From assembly GCA_965287045.1 (NCBI GenBank), contig OZ336883.1, positions 16,802,001 to 16,866,000 of the forward strand: 64,000 nucleotides of DNA, read 5' to 3'. A model generated the notes under the pieces. The model was not told where the DNA came from, did no database searches, and was given only the letters and a program-made list of their open reading frames with translations. The stretch is from Carcharhinus amblyrhynchos. Its lineage: Eukaryota. This document shows positions 23,861 to 37,174 of the stretch, one piece after another. How positions within the stretch are numbered: position 1 is the first letter of the stretch; every line of letters starts with the position of its first letter. The position numbers and the translations under genes were made by a program.

Positions 23861-24394
23861 TGTAAATGGAGTATAATGCTAAACAAATCACAATAAATTA
23901 AATTTATCTCAGATACCAATCTCAACTGAAATATAAGCAGCAAATAGTTCTTGCTGAATTATTGTGATTTAACAGAACTTTGAATTTAACCTCGATTATT
24001 TATTTTGCCAACCGACCCTCTTCACTATTTATCTCTATTTTGATTTTAGTCATTGTTAACTCTGACTATAAGATTAGGGAACATTTTATGATCTTTCCAC
24101 TTGCATACCATGATTGTCAAGAAAGGGTAACATTTAGCATCTTATGCATACCTCTATTGGAATATTGTTAATGTAAATATAAATATCTTTTGTGTTGGTT
24201 GATGCATTACATTTTGGTGAGACAAATTTAAACATCATTAATTAGCTCCTCAACATAAAGTGGGCGATAAATCCAGAAAGGTTCCTTGATTCAGAATTAA
24301 GCTGGTCAACTATCACTCCTGGTGAATATTCTTTCTAGAGTATTGATCTCTGAGTACCAGGAATGTCCATTTTTCTATCTACTGTACTAACTTT

Positions 24395-24822
24395 AGCCAG
24401 GTTTGAATTATAAGGATAGGCTGGAGAGGCTGGGACTTTCTTCTCTAGAGCGTAGGAGGATGAGGGGTGACACTATAGAGATTTATAAAATCATGAAGGG
24501 CCAGGTTAAGGTGAGTGGCAATGTCTTTTTTCAAGGTGAGGTGTCTAAAACTAAAGGGCATAGCTTGAAGGTTAGAGGGGAAAGATTTAAAATGGACCTG
24601 AGAGGCAACTTTTTCACACAGAGGGTGATGCATACATGGGATAAGCTGCCAAAGGAGGAGGTGAGAGGGGGGTACAATTATGACATTTAAAAGGCATTTG
24701 GACAGGTATGTGGATGGGAAAGATTTAAGGGACATGGATGAAACTCAGACTAGTTCAGTTTAGGTAACCTGGTTGCATGGACGAGTTGGGCTGAAGGGCC
24801 TGTTTCTGCGCTGTACATTTCT
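24395..24822 (+). mobile_element. CR1/HER1-like LINE 3' fragment
   Basis: NYKDRLERLGLSSLERRRMRGDTIEIYKIMKG...KGHSLKVRGERFKMDLRGNFFTQRV; tail GGGCTGAAGGGCCTGTTTCTG. Confidence 0.9.
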
Positions 24823-25667
24823 ATCCAAAGAGACATTGATAGGATGCAGAGCTGGGCCGAAAAATAGCAGATGAAGTTTAACCCTGATTAGTGCGAGGTG
24901 ATTCATTTTGGTAGGACAAATTTGAATGTGGATTACAGGGTCAACGGCAGGGTTCTGAGGAATGTGGAGGAACAGAAAGATCTTGGGGTTCATATCCACA
25001 GATCTCTGAAGGTTGCCACTCAATTGGATAAAGCCATGAACAAGGCCTATAGTGTGTTAGCGTTTATTAACAGGTGGTTAGAGTTTAAGAGCTGTGGGGT
25101 TATGCTGCAACTGTACAGGACATTGGTGAGACCACATTTGGAATATTGTGTTCAGTTCTGGTCATCTCATTATATGAAGGATGTGGAAGCATTGGAGAGA
25201 GTGCAGAGGAGATTTACCAGGATGCTGTCTGGTTTGGAGGGTAGGTCTTATGAGGAAAGGTTGAGGGAACTAGAGCTTTTCTCTTTAGAGTGGAGGATGA
25301 TGAGAGGCGACTTAATAGAGGTTTATAAGATGATGAGGGGGATAAATAGAGTAGACATTCAGAGACTATTTCCTCGGGTGGATGTAGCTGTTACTAGGGG
25401 GCATAACTACGGGGTTCATGGTGGGAGATATAGGAGGGATGTCTGAGGTAGATTCTTTACTCAGAGAGTGGTTGGGGTGTGGAATGGACTGCCTGCTGTG
25501 ATAGTGGAGTCGGACACTTTAGGAACTTTCAAGTGGATATTGGAAAGGCACATGGATCACACCAGAGTAATAGGGAGTGAGATAGCTTGATCATGGGTTC
25601 GGACGTACCTTGGCACAACATCGAAGGCTGAAGCGCCTGTACTGTGCTATACTGTTCTATGATCTAT
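24823..25667 (+). mobile_element. CR1/HER1-like LINE 3' portion (about 840 bp)
   Basis: ORF 24898..25446 IHFGRTN...LYRTLVRPHLEYCVQFWS...LERVQRRFTRML...TRGH; tail TGTTCTATG. Confidence 0.92.
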
Positions 25668-25854
25668 GTAACACTATGAGATGCAAATTTATGGGTTGGA
25701 AGTCTGCATCTCTGAGAACTTTGCTCCCAAAATATGGTGCTGCAGAATTTTACACTATAGTAGCTGAAGATGCAGCAAGATCAGCATTTGTTGCACATCC
25801 TTGATTGCCTTTGAGAAGGTAGCATATAAAGTAAGCTGTTTTCATGAACCTTGG

Positions 25855-26083
25855 ATAAAAGCAAATTACTGCAGATGCTGGAATCTGAAACCAAAAGAGA
25901 AAATGCTGAAAAATCTCACAGGTCTGGCAGCTTCTGTGAGGAGAGAAAAGTGCTGATGTTTCAAGTCAGAGCTGACAAAGGCTTTGACAAAAGATCATCT
26001 GGACTCTAAATGTCAGCTCTTTTCTCTCCTTACAGGTGCTGCCAGACCTGCGCCAAGTTTCCAGCATTTCCTCTTTTTGTTTC
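25855..26083 (-). mobile_element. Second Penelope-like family, fold-back copy inserted in a CR1-clade tail
   Basis: Arms about 25890-25965 / 26005-26083 are reverse complements; homologous to 9331-9465; host CR1-type tail spans about 25775-26240. Confidence 0.65.
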
Positions 26084-26929
26084 CTCGAACTGTTGTAGTC
26101 CATCTAGTGCAGATACACCTATGGTGCTGTTAAGAAGGGAGTTGCAGGATTTTGATCCTGCCAATAGTGAAGGAACAAAGGATATACCTTCAAGTTAGGA
26201 GGTGTGTGGCTTAGAAATGAATTTGCAGGTGGTGGTGTTAGTTTATGGACTATTAAAGTGTCTTTCTGACAATTTATGCCATGCAGCATTATTTTGCTGA
26301 ATACACAGGCAGATTTTGCATTGCGTAAGAATTATTTGAATTTTTGGATGTTCTGCTTGACTGAGACTCACTGAAGCATAATTTTCAAAAAAAAAATCTA
26401 AAATGTGCTGCAAAATTAAATTAAACATTCGTCTGCTTCCACTTATTGTCAAACATGATAATTCTTTTATCTTCATGTCTTTGTTTCAGACCTTAAGTGC
26501 AAGTTAATCTAATACTCCATGGCATATTCCATATGTTGCACATTACCGAGCTTTAAAAGATAAATTATAATGCCATATTTTAGCTTTATGGGCATTTGTT
26601 TATCATTGTAAAATGCTTTTATGGGAATAAAATGGGCAGAACTGCAGTTTTAAAACATTTGTCATTGTGACATGTAATCAAAATTTTCCTGTCAAAGCCT
26701 CTAATGATACCCTGGCTTGGGCTCTTACTTACTGACACAAGATAGGGCCTGAATTCTGACATTAATATCTAATTAGTTGAATAATCTTTGTTAAATTAGT
26801 GACATTTAATGCACGACTCAGCTCATTTCAATTAGCATTTCTAGTCTTTCTTCATCTGTAAAGCCTCTTATTTGCATCTCTATCCCCTTGGCATCCTTAC
26901 AGCAAGTTCTTATCTTTGATTTTGCACTC

Positions 26930-27140
26930 CTCCAAGTTCCCTCCAAGCCACTTGGAAATATACTGCAGCTTCTTCTTGGTCACTGGGTCAAATTCCTGGA
27001 ACTCCCTGCCTAACAGTGCTGTGGATTCACACCATAGGAACTACAATGGTTCAAAAAGGCAACTCACCACCAGTTTCAGCTGGGGGTGGGCAATAAATAT
27101 TCGTCTTGTCAGCAACATCCACATCCCATGAATCAAGGAA
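26930..27140 (+). mobile_element. CR1-clade LINE 3' tail
   Basis: GTCACTGGGTCAAATTCCTGGAACTCCCT...GGGCAATAAAT...CACATCCCATGAAT, same tail as the Meta-type SINE. Confidence 0.65.
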
Positions 27141-27846
27141 ACAAACTCAACGGATACATACCTCCTTTTACAGACATCTCAACTGGGCCTCAATTTTTAA
27201 GAGCTGTTTCCTGACAATCTCTGCTCTTCTATTACTTTCAACGTTTAAGCATTTAATGTGTATGTGTTTTCCTTATCTTGGCTCCCAAAATGTATCATCC
27301 TACACCTCACCGTACTAAATTTTGCCAATAAAGAACATGCCTGGCAGCCTGCATTAAAAGGAACTGCTGACCTGTAGAGCCATAGTATCACTGCAATGCA
27401 GGAGAAGGTCATTCAGCCCCTCAAGCCTGCACTGACTCTCAGAAGAAACGTCTTCTCCAGCCCCACCACTCCCCAACTCTATCCCCATTAGCCTACGCAT
27501 TTAAGCACGGCTAATTGTTTGACAAGCTTGCTGACGGAGGTGGTAGCTCTGATGAGACTGTGATGGTGCAGCTGATGTAAACATCTCTGCGGTTCCTTGC
27601 TCCTGTAGTGATATTGTTGAGCTATACCAATGTTTAGGTGTTGCCATGAGGTCTTGTGCTTATCTCATTGACAGAACAGTTGGTTATGATAAGGTTGAGT
27701 TCTGGATATATTGTCAGGAGGAGGAGAACTTCATTGTTAATTTGCTTTCCCTATTCCTTTCTTTCCTATCACACTCTTCCAGAGATCCATATCTTTCCCA
27801 CTCATTTGTTGGCATCTATGAGAAGAATTTATCCTCTGCTGGGAGT

Positions 27847-28172
27847 TCATAGAATCATAGAATCCCTCCAGTGCAGAAAGAGGCCATTTGGCCTATCAAA
27901 TCTGTACTGACTCTTACCCAGGCCCCATCCCTTAACCCCACCTTTTTTATCCTGCTAATCTCTCTAACCTACATATATGGGACACTGAGGGGCAAATGCA
28001 CCTAATCAGCATGTCTTTTGGATTGTGTGAGGAAAATGGAATACCCGAAGGAAACCCACACAGACACGCAGAGAACTTGCAAAGTCCACAAAGTCACCCA
28101 AGGTCGAAATTGAATCCTGGTGCCTGGTGCTGTGAGATAGCAGTGCTAACCAGTGTGCCACCATGCCACCCC
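27847..28172 (-). mobile_element. HE1/V-SINE (tail A)
   Basis: Family match beginning CATAGAATCATAGAATCCC. Confidence 0.85.
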
Positions 28173-28439
28173 TAGTTAGCATATGGACTTCGTAAGGCTG
28201 GAGTATAATCCCTCCTTGGCTTCATCTGTCACCTCAACATACACAGAACATATACACATCTGCTGACTCCTCAGCAGGATGAGCTGGGTAGTCATAAGGT
28301 CCCTTTGGGAGAGTGACTGAGGCCCCAGTCAAGTTTATTTTTAATTGAGCTTCACTACAGGGATGTTGTTTGTTTGAATGCTCACTCAAAAATCAAGTTC
28401 CAGGTCATTGTCAGCTCTTTGTCTGAAGCATGTGAGAAA

Positions 28440-29070
28440 ATGGGCTCAACACTTGGAAAACTAAGGTAATCTTTCAACCAACTCCCCATAGGGCAACATG
28501 CCCACATCACTTAAGATCAAGAGTGAGACCCTGGAACATGTGAACCATTTTCCATAGCTTGGGAGCCTCCCCTTGAGGCATCATTGCTTCCATTTTGTCA
28601 GTCTTAGGCTGACTGAGGAAAGTATATTTGAGGACCAGGATTTTGACCATGACCATTTGCATGTTTTCATACAGTGGGATCTGTCCTTCTGTGTGCATTT
28701 GGAGATTTGACATTCCATAGAAGACACCTCAAAACACTGGAGCAGTATAGCCAGCCAGTGCTACCCATGTTCCACATTTGAATTAGAAAAAAAATCTTTG
28801 CAATGTCATTCAAATCTGGTGGCAAGAATAGCAATCTGAGAACAACATCACCTCTCAATTCATCAACAGGCCCATCATTCAGCTGCACTCGAAATCAGAT
28901 ACGCAGACCTGCCACCAGGTTCCCAAAGCAAGCGTCCTACTCAAAACTTGCAGCAGGAGGACAGCAGAAATGCTTTAGATATGTACTCAAAGCATCAATG
29001 AAGAGATCAAACACCAACCCCCACTGCCTCAGTGGACTGCCATGGAGAAGGTTTAATTAAGAAGGCCTTG
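28440..29070 (+). mobile_element. Decayed RTE-clade LINE 3' fragment
   Basis: Remnant (VD)HFP*LGS motif and ORF 28803..29060 RFPKQASYSKLAAGGQQKCFRYVLKASMKR...WRR, similar to RTE C-terminal RLPKQ.LY.EL..G.R..GGQ.KR.KD.LK. Confidence 0.65.
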
Positions 29071-29084
29071 ATTAATGTTGCAAT

Positions 29085-29225
29085 TGAAGGGCAGCAGCTC
29101 CAACAGTGCAATCCTTTCTCAGCAGTGTCAGCCTTGATATTGGTACTTCAGCCAGCCCTTGAGCAGGACTTGAACCCTGAGCCATGCAATTCGGAGCCAA
29201 GAGACTACTGACTGAGTGACAGTTG
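29085..29225 (-). mobile_element. Old Deu-domain/SacSINE1-like SINE head remnant
   Basis: CTCCAACAGTGCA...AGTGTCAGCCT...GGACTTGAACCC...CTGAG pattern; heavily diverged. Confidence 0.45.
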
Positions 29226-30152
29226 CCACAATAAACTAATCACCATGAAGCACAGGTAATATTCTACCATTTAAGTAATCTAAGATTGTCAGTGCAGTGA
29301 GCGAGACTTACTGCAACACATGATTAACAATAACACTATCAAGTAAACAAATACCTCTCTACAGCCTGTGATGAATTTGACACATACACAGGCTAAACAA
29401 TGAACCTGAATTAATATTTTATATGTCGCATTCAATATTTTACTTCCAATCTTTATCATGGAAATTTCAATTCCCCTTCATTTGAATGCTAATTTCCCTT
29501 GCAAGGACCAGAGGACAATATAACTCGAACGCCATTGTTACAATGATAATAAGAAATTACAATAATAAGAAAGATTTACTTCAATCTGCAGTGTACTTGT
29601 AATAAATTCACTTGAGTTTCCGATAATGTACTCAGACTCCCTCAGTAATTGCCTGTAGGAATGTCAGGAAACGTTGGCTTTTGTATTTGATGAATAAATT
29701 AAGTTATCACGGAAATAAAATAGGACATAAATGGAAGACAGTGCGTATTACTGAAAATGACTCACTGAAGACGACATCCAAGATTAAGAAACGACAACCC
29801 TTCAGTCACATTGGCCTTCTTAAATCCTTCATTGTTTATCATCAGTGGCAAAATTATTTGTTGTGTTGCAACAAGTGCAAATCTCGCCTGACGAGCGACC
29901 ATTGCACAATACTTAGTGGAATTATACTCAATTTTGGTGGTGCTAGAAGTTTCACATCAACATACAGCTGAAGCTTTCAACATGTGAAAAGTCAATACAC
30001 AATAAATCAGAAGCTATCGGCTGTAAGTGGGGAAGGTATAATACCAATTGCTATTCATATATTAAATTTAAATACTTCTGTTGTGGCAGCAACCTTTCTA
30101 GATAATTTAAATGAATGCACAATTAAAAGCTGCAACCAGTCATAACAGAAAT

Positions 30153-30428
30153 GTTTATTTATCAGTGTCACGAGTAGGCTTACATTAACACTGCAATGAA
30201 GTTACTGTCAAAATCCCCTACTCACCACACTCTCGCACCTGTTCGGGTACACGGAGGGAGAATTTAGCATGGCCAACGCACCTAACTAGCACGTCTTTCG
30301 GGAAGAAACTGGAGCACCCGGGGGATAACGTGCAGATTCTGCACAGGCAGTGACCCAGATTGGGAATTGAACCTGGGTCCCAGGTGCTGTGAGGCAGCCA
30401 TGCTAACCACTCTGCTACCGTGCTACCC
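30153..30428 (-). mobile_element. V-SINE (tail B)
   Basis: Reverse-complement family match. Confidence 0.85.
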
Positions 30429-31202
30429 ACGCTATTAGATTTGACAGACAAACACAAATCGGCAATCTTCCACATTGACCGGTGGATGTCGATGCTGTCT
30501 CTATGCTGAAGCAGTTTAGCCAAGAGGACAGCTAGTTGTGAAGCACAAGCCCCAAGTACTACAGTTGGGGTATGAAAGTCTGTAGCTTTTCCCTATCTAT
30601 TGCCTTCAGCCATTCCTTGCTATCATATGGCTGAATCAACTGGCTGAAGACCAGCACCTATGATGCTGGAGACCTCAGGAACAGGCTGAGATGGTTCATC
30701 CACTCAGCATTTTTGGCTGAAAATAATGCTAGATCTCTTGATTGGTTTGGCTCTGATTATGTGATTCTGTTCCCTTATACTGGAGAACCACACCCACCCC
30801 CCCGCCCCCCCCCCCCCCCAACACCCCCCACCCCTCCGCCCCACCACCACTAGCAGAGGAAAGGTTTCCCTCAATTTTCCCCATGCATTCCCTCCGTACA
30901 GCATCAAGAGTCGGTTTGAGAATATCCCGGAGATATCTGCGATCACGGTTTGATCAGAAAGTGAAGGAGTTTCACTTGGAATCCGGGTGAAGTAACTTGC
31001 AGATGGAAACACTTGCTGAGGAAAGAGATGTGACTGTGAAAGCAAGTTTTCTTCCATAACTATTCAAACATGAGAAGGAAACCAAAAGCAACAAAAATGA
31101 ACACTGTGAAAGACAAACAGTGTTCCTTGTCAGAGAAAAGAGCCAAATGTTTTCAGGGCAAGCGTTCTGGGAAGAGAAATGTCGGTGAATTAAATATTAA
31201 GC

Positions 31203-31330
31203 CAAAGCAAATACCGTGGATGTTGGAAATCGGAAGAAAAAATGGAAAATGCTCGGAATACTTAGCAGATCAGGGAAGTTCTGGGAAACAAAGTTAACAT
31301 TTCAGGCCAATAGCCTTGTGTTAGAACTGG
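31203..31330 (-). mobile_element. Old copy of the second Penelope-like family
   Basis: AAAGCAAATACCGTGGATGTTGGAAATC...GAAAATGCT, homologous to 25855. Confidence 0.5.
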
Positions 31331-31402
31331 AAAAATGTTGGAGATGTGACAGGTGTTGAGCTCAAACAGGAGTGGAGAAATGTGGCATTGACCTGAAGAC
31401 GT

Positions 31403-31735
31403 GGGGTGCCACAGTGGCACAGTGGTAGGCACTGCTGTCTCACAGCACCAGGGACCCGGTTTCAACTCCAGCCTCGGGTGATTGTCTGCGTGGAGTTTAC
31501 ACATTTTTCCCGTGTCCGTGTGGGACACAGGTTTTCTTCGGATGCTCCGGTTTCCTCCCACATTCCAAAAGTGTGCGGGTTAGGTTGATTGGCCATGCTA
31601 AATTGACCCTTGTGGCAGGGTGATTAGTAGGGTAAATAAGTGGGGTTAAGGGGATATGGCCGGGGTGAGATTGTGGTTGGTGTAGACTCGATGGGCCAAA
31701 TGGCCTCCTTCTGCATTGTATGGATTCTATGATGC
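31403..31735 (+). mobile_element. HE1/V-SINE (tail A)
   Basis: Full-length family match. Confidence 0.88.
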
Positions 31736-32279
31736 TACAGTTCTAAATGCTTTAACGTGATCTGCTACGCTAATTGATGGTACTGGATGGCTCACTGTGC
31801 AAGTTTTAAAACATTTTTTACAGGTTTCATTGAAGTCAGAAGGTAAACAGCACTTTTTTTATAACTCCCTTCCCAAAATAATAGCCAATTGCAGCTTGGT
31901 TAGTTTGCTAGCAGTAAACTTCTTAATTGCCACAATTTTAAACTTTAAAGTTTATAATCTGACCAGTCACCACCGTGTCTGTTTGGTCTGAAAATTAATT
32001 GCTTGGGCCACGAAGGTTGCTGGATAGTTTGGTTTCGAAGGAATTAGGTCCAGGGTCCTCTCAGCTCTGGCCAGTGTTAGGTATTAGCAACCGGATGTAA
32101 GGGGAAGCTGGGTGTTCTCTGGATGAAGTCTGCTGTACTTTTTAATGTCTTTCAGTATTCCAAAAACTAGGCTGTTCATGCTCCACTTCCTCTGCAAATC
32201 TTATCTATTTTTGTGGCTGTTTTATTTGTTCCGCACACACAGGCATGTTATCTGAGCAGTGAGGTTTCTCATTATAGAA

Positions 32280-32930
32280 GTCATAGAAACCCTACACGGC
32301 AGAAGCATACCATTTGGCCCCTGCTGCCTGTACCCAATCCCCATAACCCAGTGTACTTATCCTGCTAACCTCCCCCTAACCTTGATTTGATCTGATTTAA
32401 TTTGATTTATTATTGTCACAGGTATTAGCATACAGTGGAAAGTATTGTTTCTTGCGTGCCATACAGACAGGCCATACCGTACATAGAGAAGGGAACAAGA
32501 GTGCAGAATGTAGTGCTACAGTTATAGCTAGGGTGTAGAGAAAGATCGACTTAATGCAAGGTAGGCCCATTCAAAAGTCTGACAGCAGCCAGGAAGAAGC
32601 TGTTCTTGAGTTGGTTGGTACATGACCTAAGACTTTTGTATCTTTTTCCCGATGGAAGAAGGTGGAAGAGAGAACGTCTGTGGTGCTTAGGATTCTTAAT
32701 TACATTGGCTGCTTTGCCGAGGCAGCCACATTTTTGGACAGTAAGGGTCAATTTAGCATGGCCAATCCACCTAACCCACAAATCTTTAGACCGTGGGAGG
32801 AAACCAGAATACCTGGAGGAAACTACGCAAACACAAGGAGAATGTCCAAACTCCACATAGTCACCCAATGCCAGAATTGAATCCGGGTCCTTGACACGGT
32901 GAGGCAGCAGTGCTAACCACTGCGCCACCT
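32280..32930 (-). mobile_element. HE1/V-SINE split by a Rex1-like 3' fragment (about 32383-32728, minus)
   Basis: SINE tail 32280-32382, Rex1 piece with CLGKAANVIKNP...LLPSGKRYKSLRSCTNQLKNSFFLAAVRLLN, SINE body 32730-32930. Confidence 0.8.
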
Positions 32931-33789
32931 TGTTATGTTGCGGAAAGAGCAAAATGGCAGCAGGCTCAGGCTTTGTACAAGGAACCTTATTAATCATCTC
33001 TGAATAACTTCTGCACCATCTCCAAATGTCAGATCAGCTGTCTTCTTCAATTGTGTGGTTTGACATTTGAGGGATACTTGTTTACAGCACAGTGTGGGGT
33101 TCTGAATGGATTACATTTTTATCTACTAATATTCCAATCTAATATTTGTAAATTTAAAACAGTATTATGTATTTAGCAGATGAAGATTAATTTACCCTTT
33201 TTTAAATGAGTCAGATAGCATTCCAGTCAACCATTCGATTGAGGTAAAGCTTGCTGTAAAGACTCCAATGGCTAATAAGTGATGTGGGCCGAGTATATTC
33301 AAGTAATATAATAATGATTATAACATAATGAAGAAGATTAAAAACATGTTTGCCCCCACACCAGGGATGAAGTGAATATTTCACAAACAGATGTCATGCA
33401 ATGATGGCCCAGATCAAGCAAATTAGCATGTTGAGGAAATAGATCTGATGGTGCTCAGCAAGTCAGAGCCCTGATAAATAAAAATAAGAAAAAGATTCTT
33501 GGCAGACCCCTGACGAGAAAGATAATGAATTCCCCTAGCTGTTTACTGACAGCTACATGAACAATATTGCAGGCTCTCTAACACATTTGAAAACATTGGT
33601 TTTACACTTCAATTACAATTAGACAGTGAGAGTGGTTTGTGGATATTTGGATGCCGCATGATAAAAGCCATGTACGTTTGCCAAGAAGGTGTCAGGATGC
33701 AAAACTTGATGAGACTCTTGAGATATCCTTTTCCAGAGAAGGAGAAGTGGGGATGTAATTGAGCTTTCAAAATCTTTGGGCAGCACAGT

Positions 33790-34572
33790 AAGTCTGTGTT
33801 CTTAGCCCTCTACTACACACCTATAACTGTGTGGACAAATTCCCCTCAAACTCGATTTTCAAGTTTGCTGATGACACCACCGTCATGGGTTGGGTCTCAA
33901 ACATTAATGAGACAGAGTACAGGAATGAGATAGAGAATCTGGTGAACTGGTGTGTCGACATCAATAAAGTTTATGTATTAGTATAATAAGTAATTAGTAT
34001 AAGTAAAGCTTACATTAACACTGCAATGATGTTACTGTGAAATTCGCCCAGTCTCCACAGCCCAGCGCTCAATGCACTTACCAGCAAGCCTTTCAGAATG
34101 TGGGAGGAATGCAGAGCATCTGGAGGAAACCCACACAGACACCAACCCAAGCTGGGAATCAAACCCAGATCCCTGGCGCTGTGAAGCAACAGTACTACCC
34201 ATGCTGCTACCTAGGACTCTCCCTCAATCTGACCCTCAATGTCAACAAAATGAAGGAAATTGTCATAGACTTCAGGAAGCGTAGTGAAGAACATGGCCTT
34301 GTCTACACCAATGGGGTTGAAGTAAAAATGGTCGAGAGCCTCATTTTTTAGGTGTCCCGATCACCAACAACCTGCCCTGGTCCCCCCATGCCTGCACTAT
34401 AGTTAGGAAAGCCCACCCAATTCCTTTACTTTCTTTGGAGACTAAGGGAATTTGGCATGTCAGCTACGACTCCCACCAAATTTTACAGATGCACCATAGA
34501 AAGCATTCTTTCTGGTTGTATCGCAGCTTGGTATGGCTCCTGCTATGCCCAAGACCACAAGGAACTACAAAA
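33790..34572 (+). mobile_element. Rex1/Babar-like LINE RT fragment, split by a tail-B SINE (about 33965-34215, minus)
   Basis: NSIFKFADDTTV...ETEYRNEIENLVNWC; LNVNKMKEIVIDFRK; FYRCTIESILSGCIAAWYGSC. Confidence 0.88.
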
Positions 34573-35549
34573 GGGCCTATTTGTGCTGGAGTCTGATAGT
34601 TCCGGAACGCTGCGCATGCGCAGAGGTCCCAATCCGTCAGTCTCCCTGTTTGCTGACCAGTTCAATTGCTGGCCATCCCGGGATCACTGCCGTGCTGCCC
34701 CTCCAGCTCCTTGAGGGCTTGATATTAGCCCCCATTACAATTCCCGAGCCAGTCCTGACCCCCATCCCGGAGCATCCCGATGTCCAACCACGCACCCCCC
34801 CCCCCTCCCCCAGCATCCTGCAGTGGGGATCCTCCAACATCCTCACCCCGGAAGAGCCCCCCCATCCACAGACCACCAACCCCCCTTTCCCATCCTGACC
34901 TCTGGCCTCCCTCCAGCCCAGACCAATCCCCATGCAGAGTGGCAGCAGGACCCACTCCTCCCACCAATCGCCCCCTAGGCCTTGCCCACAATAGCCCTAC
35001 CCCCTTGGCATTGCACGGTGCCAATGGGCAGTGCCAGAGTGCCCTTTGGGCATGGAAACTTTGCCCCTTGGGCAGTGCCAGAGGGCACAGGCTGGAACTG
35101 CCAGGGTACCCATGCCCAGCAGGCACCGCCTCTCACCACCCAACCTCTGGGGGTCCCAACTGCCCCCCTTTCACTCAAGAGAGGTCTCTCACTAGTTCCC
35201 CGAATGTGGGGAGTTACTCTAAACCCCGTCGCAGTGAAATAGTCCTGGCGGGGTGGGAGATGCTGTCAGGTTTGGCACCGAATGATAATCACATTTAAAA
35301 TAGATTTAAATCACTTACCTCTCTTCTTGCCGGTTTCCAGCGTCGTCCTAACTGTGACTGTTCTCCAGCTCTGTGAGACACGCACGTGTCAGGAACACCA
35401 AACTCGCCTGAAAACTGGAGATTGACGCTCAACTTCAATGGATCTTTACATGGTCCGCCCCCCACATCCCCCTCCCCCCCACCTCCTAACCCCCACCCCT
35501 GCTGCCAGCTAGAATTCCAGTGGTGGGCAGTATAGGAGAATTCCAGCCA
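34573..35549. mobile_element. GC-rich non-autonomous DNA-transposon-like element
   Basis: Abrupt GC/CpG rise truncating the Rex1 fragment; ends GGAGAATTCCAGCC like the MITE TIR at 19780-19791; C-rich internal tracts. Confidence 0.5.
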
Positions 35550-35867
35550 GAGTTCTTCGCAAGTCTTCACATTTGGAACCTGCACATTCCACAAACTTGC
35601 CTATATCCTTTTGAAATTCATCACTATCCTCTAATTGGAGTCGAACTTATAGCCAGCAGACTAAATTGAGTGTTGCCATATTGAAATCAAACTGTGCCAT
35701 GACCAGCTCCATACTGCAACACACTGGAATTCAGTGCAAAACTGAAAATCTCTGCATAGCTGCAACATAAAGCACTGCATAAGTGAAATCAGAATTTTAG
35801 TCAGCCAAGTTGTTGAGCTTGAAAAGGAAAGCTATGAATTTTCTTCCTTTGACATCCAGTTAAATTC

Positions 35868-36210
35868 ATCATAGAATCTCTACAGTGCAGAATGAGGTGA
35901 GTTGGTCCATTGAGTCTGTACCATCTCACCGACATATAATACCTTGCCCCACGTCCCCCTCCCAGCCCAATTCCTTTAACCCTTTGCATTTACCCTGCCA
36001 ATCCACACATCTTGGGACACTAAGGGGCATGTTAGCATGGCCACTCCACCTAACTTGCACATCTTTGGACTGTAGGAGGAAACTGGAGCACCCGGAGGAA
36101 ACCCACGCAGACGTGACGAGAATTCCACACTCACAGTCACCCAAGGCCGGAATCGAAACCGGGTCCCTGTTGCTGTGAGGCCGCTAACCACTATGCCACC
36201 ATGCCGCCCA
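35868..36210 (-). mobile_element. HE1/V-SINE variant (tail A)
   Basis: Reverse-complement family match. Confidence 0.82.
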
Positions 36211-36832
36211 CATTGGGCATACAAACAACCATCTGAAGAATCACAGCTTTCCACGATTATTTTATTCCAGAATAATACAGCAGGGCGTTGTAAATAACTG
36301 GACCACAGGAGTTTGGAATCCATCCCATTTTTAGCAATGGTGCTGCAGGACCAATGAACTCTGCGCCATTTGCTGAACTGCCATGTTCCTTTTAAAGCAT
36401 GGATGCTGCCATCTGTCCTTTCATCTGTCCATCATAACATTTCATAATGCCAACAAAGGGTTGGGTATTCTTTAGTGTTCTGTAATGGGAAGTGAAACAT
36501 TAACATTTTGTAAATGCTAGTTGCCACTGAAAATCTGACTTTGATATCTTCTGCTTCATTTAAACAAGGCTTTCTCTGAAGTCGGCACCTTTTTATTCAC
36601 GCACCATTTCATTTGTAGAATCGAAAAGAAAAGCTTCCAATTATATCAATTTCAGTTATGTAACAAGAAATGAGCAAACACACATCACATTGGTGAGATT
36701 GTCTATTTATTAATGTTTTGGGCAACGCACAGCTTTTTTAATGTTTTGAACAAGTGAACACCCCATGTTCATGTCCTTACCCCACACGTTGAAAGGTTGT
36801 TCAGAGACAAGGCCACATTTGACTGAGTGTGG

Positions 36833-37153
36833 CATAGAATCATAGAATCCCAGAATCCTGTCGTGCAGAAGGAGAGCATTCGGCCCATTGAGTCTGCTCT
36901 GACCACAATCCCACCCAGGCCGTCTCACCATAACCCCATGCATTTAGCCTAGCTAGTCTCCCTGACACTAAAGGGCAATTTAGCATGGCCAATCCAGCTA
37001 GCCCGCACACCTTTGGACTGTGGTAGGAAACTGGAGTATCCAGTACAAACCCGTGCAGACATGGGGAGAATGTGCTGACTCCACACGGACAGTCACCCAA
37101 GCCAGGAATTGAACCTGGGTTCCTGACACTGTGAGGCAGCAATGCTAACCATG
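36833..37153 (-). mobile_element. HE1/V-SINE (tail A)
   Basis: Reverse-complement family match. Confidence 0.85.
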
Positions 37154-37174
37154 CAGCAAATGAGTCCTGCTTGG

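Noticed and set aside
24898-25446. 182-aa ORF as a host gene
   Set aside because: It is a CR1 LINE ORF2 C-terminal fragment flanked by in-frame stops; not a cellular CDS
34533-35298. Overlapping Pro/Gly-rich ORFs on both strands
   Set aside because: Arise from stop-poor GC-rich transposon-like sequence
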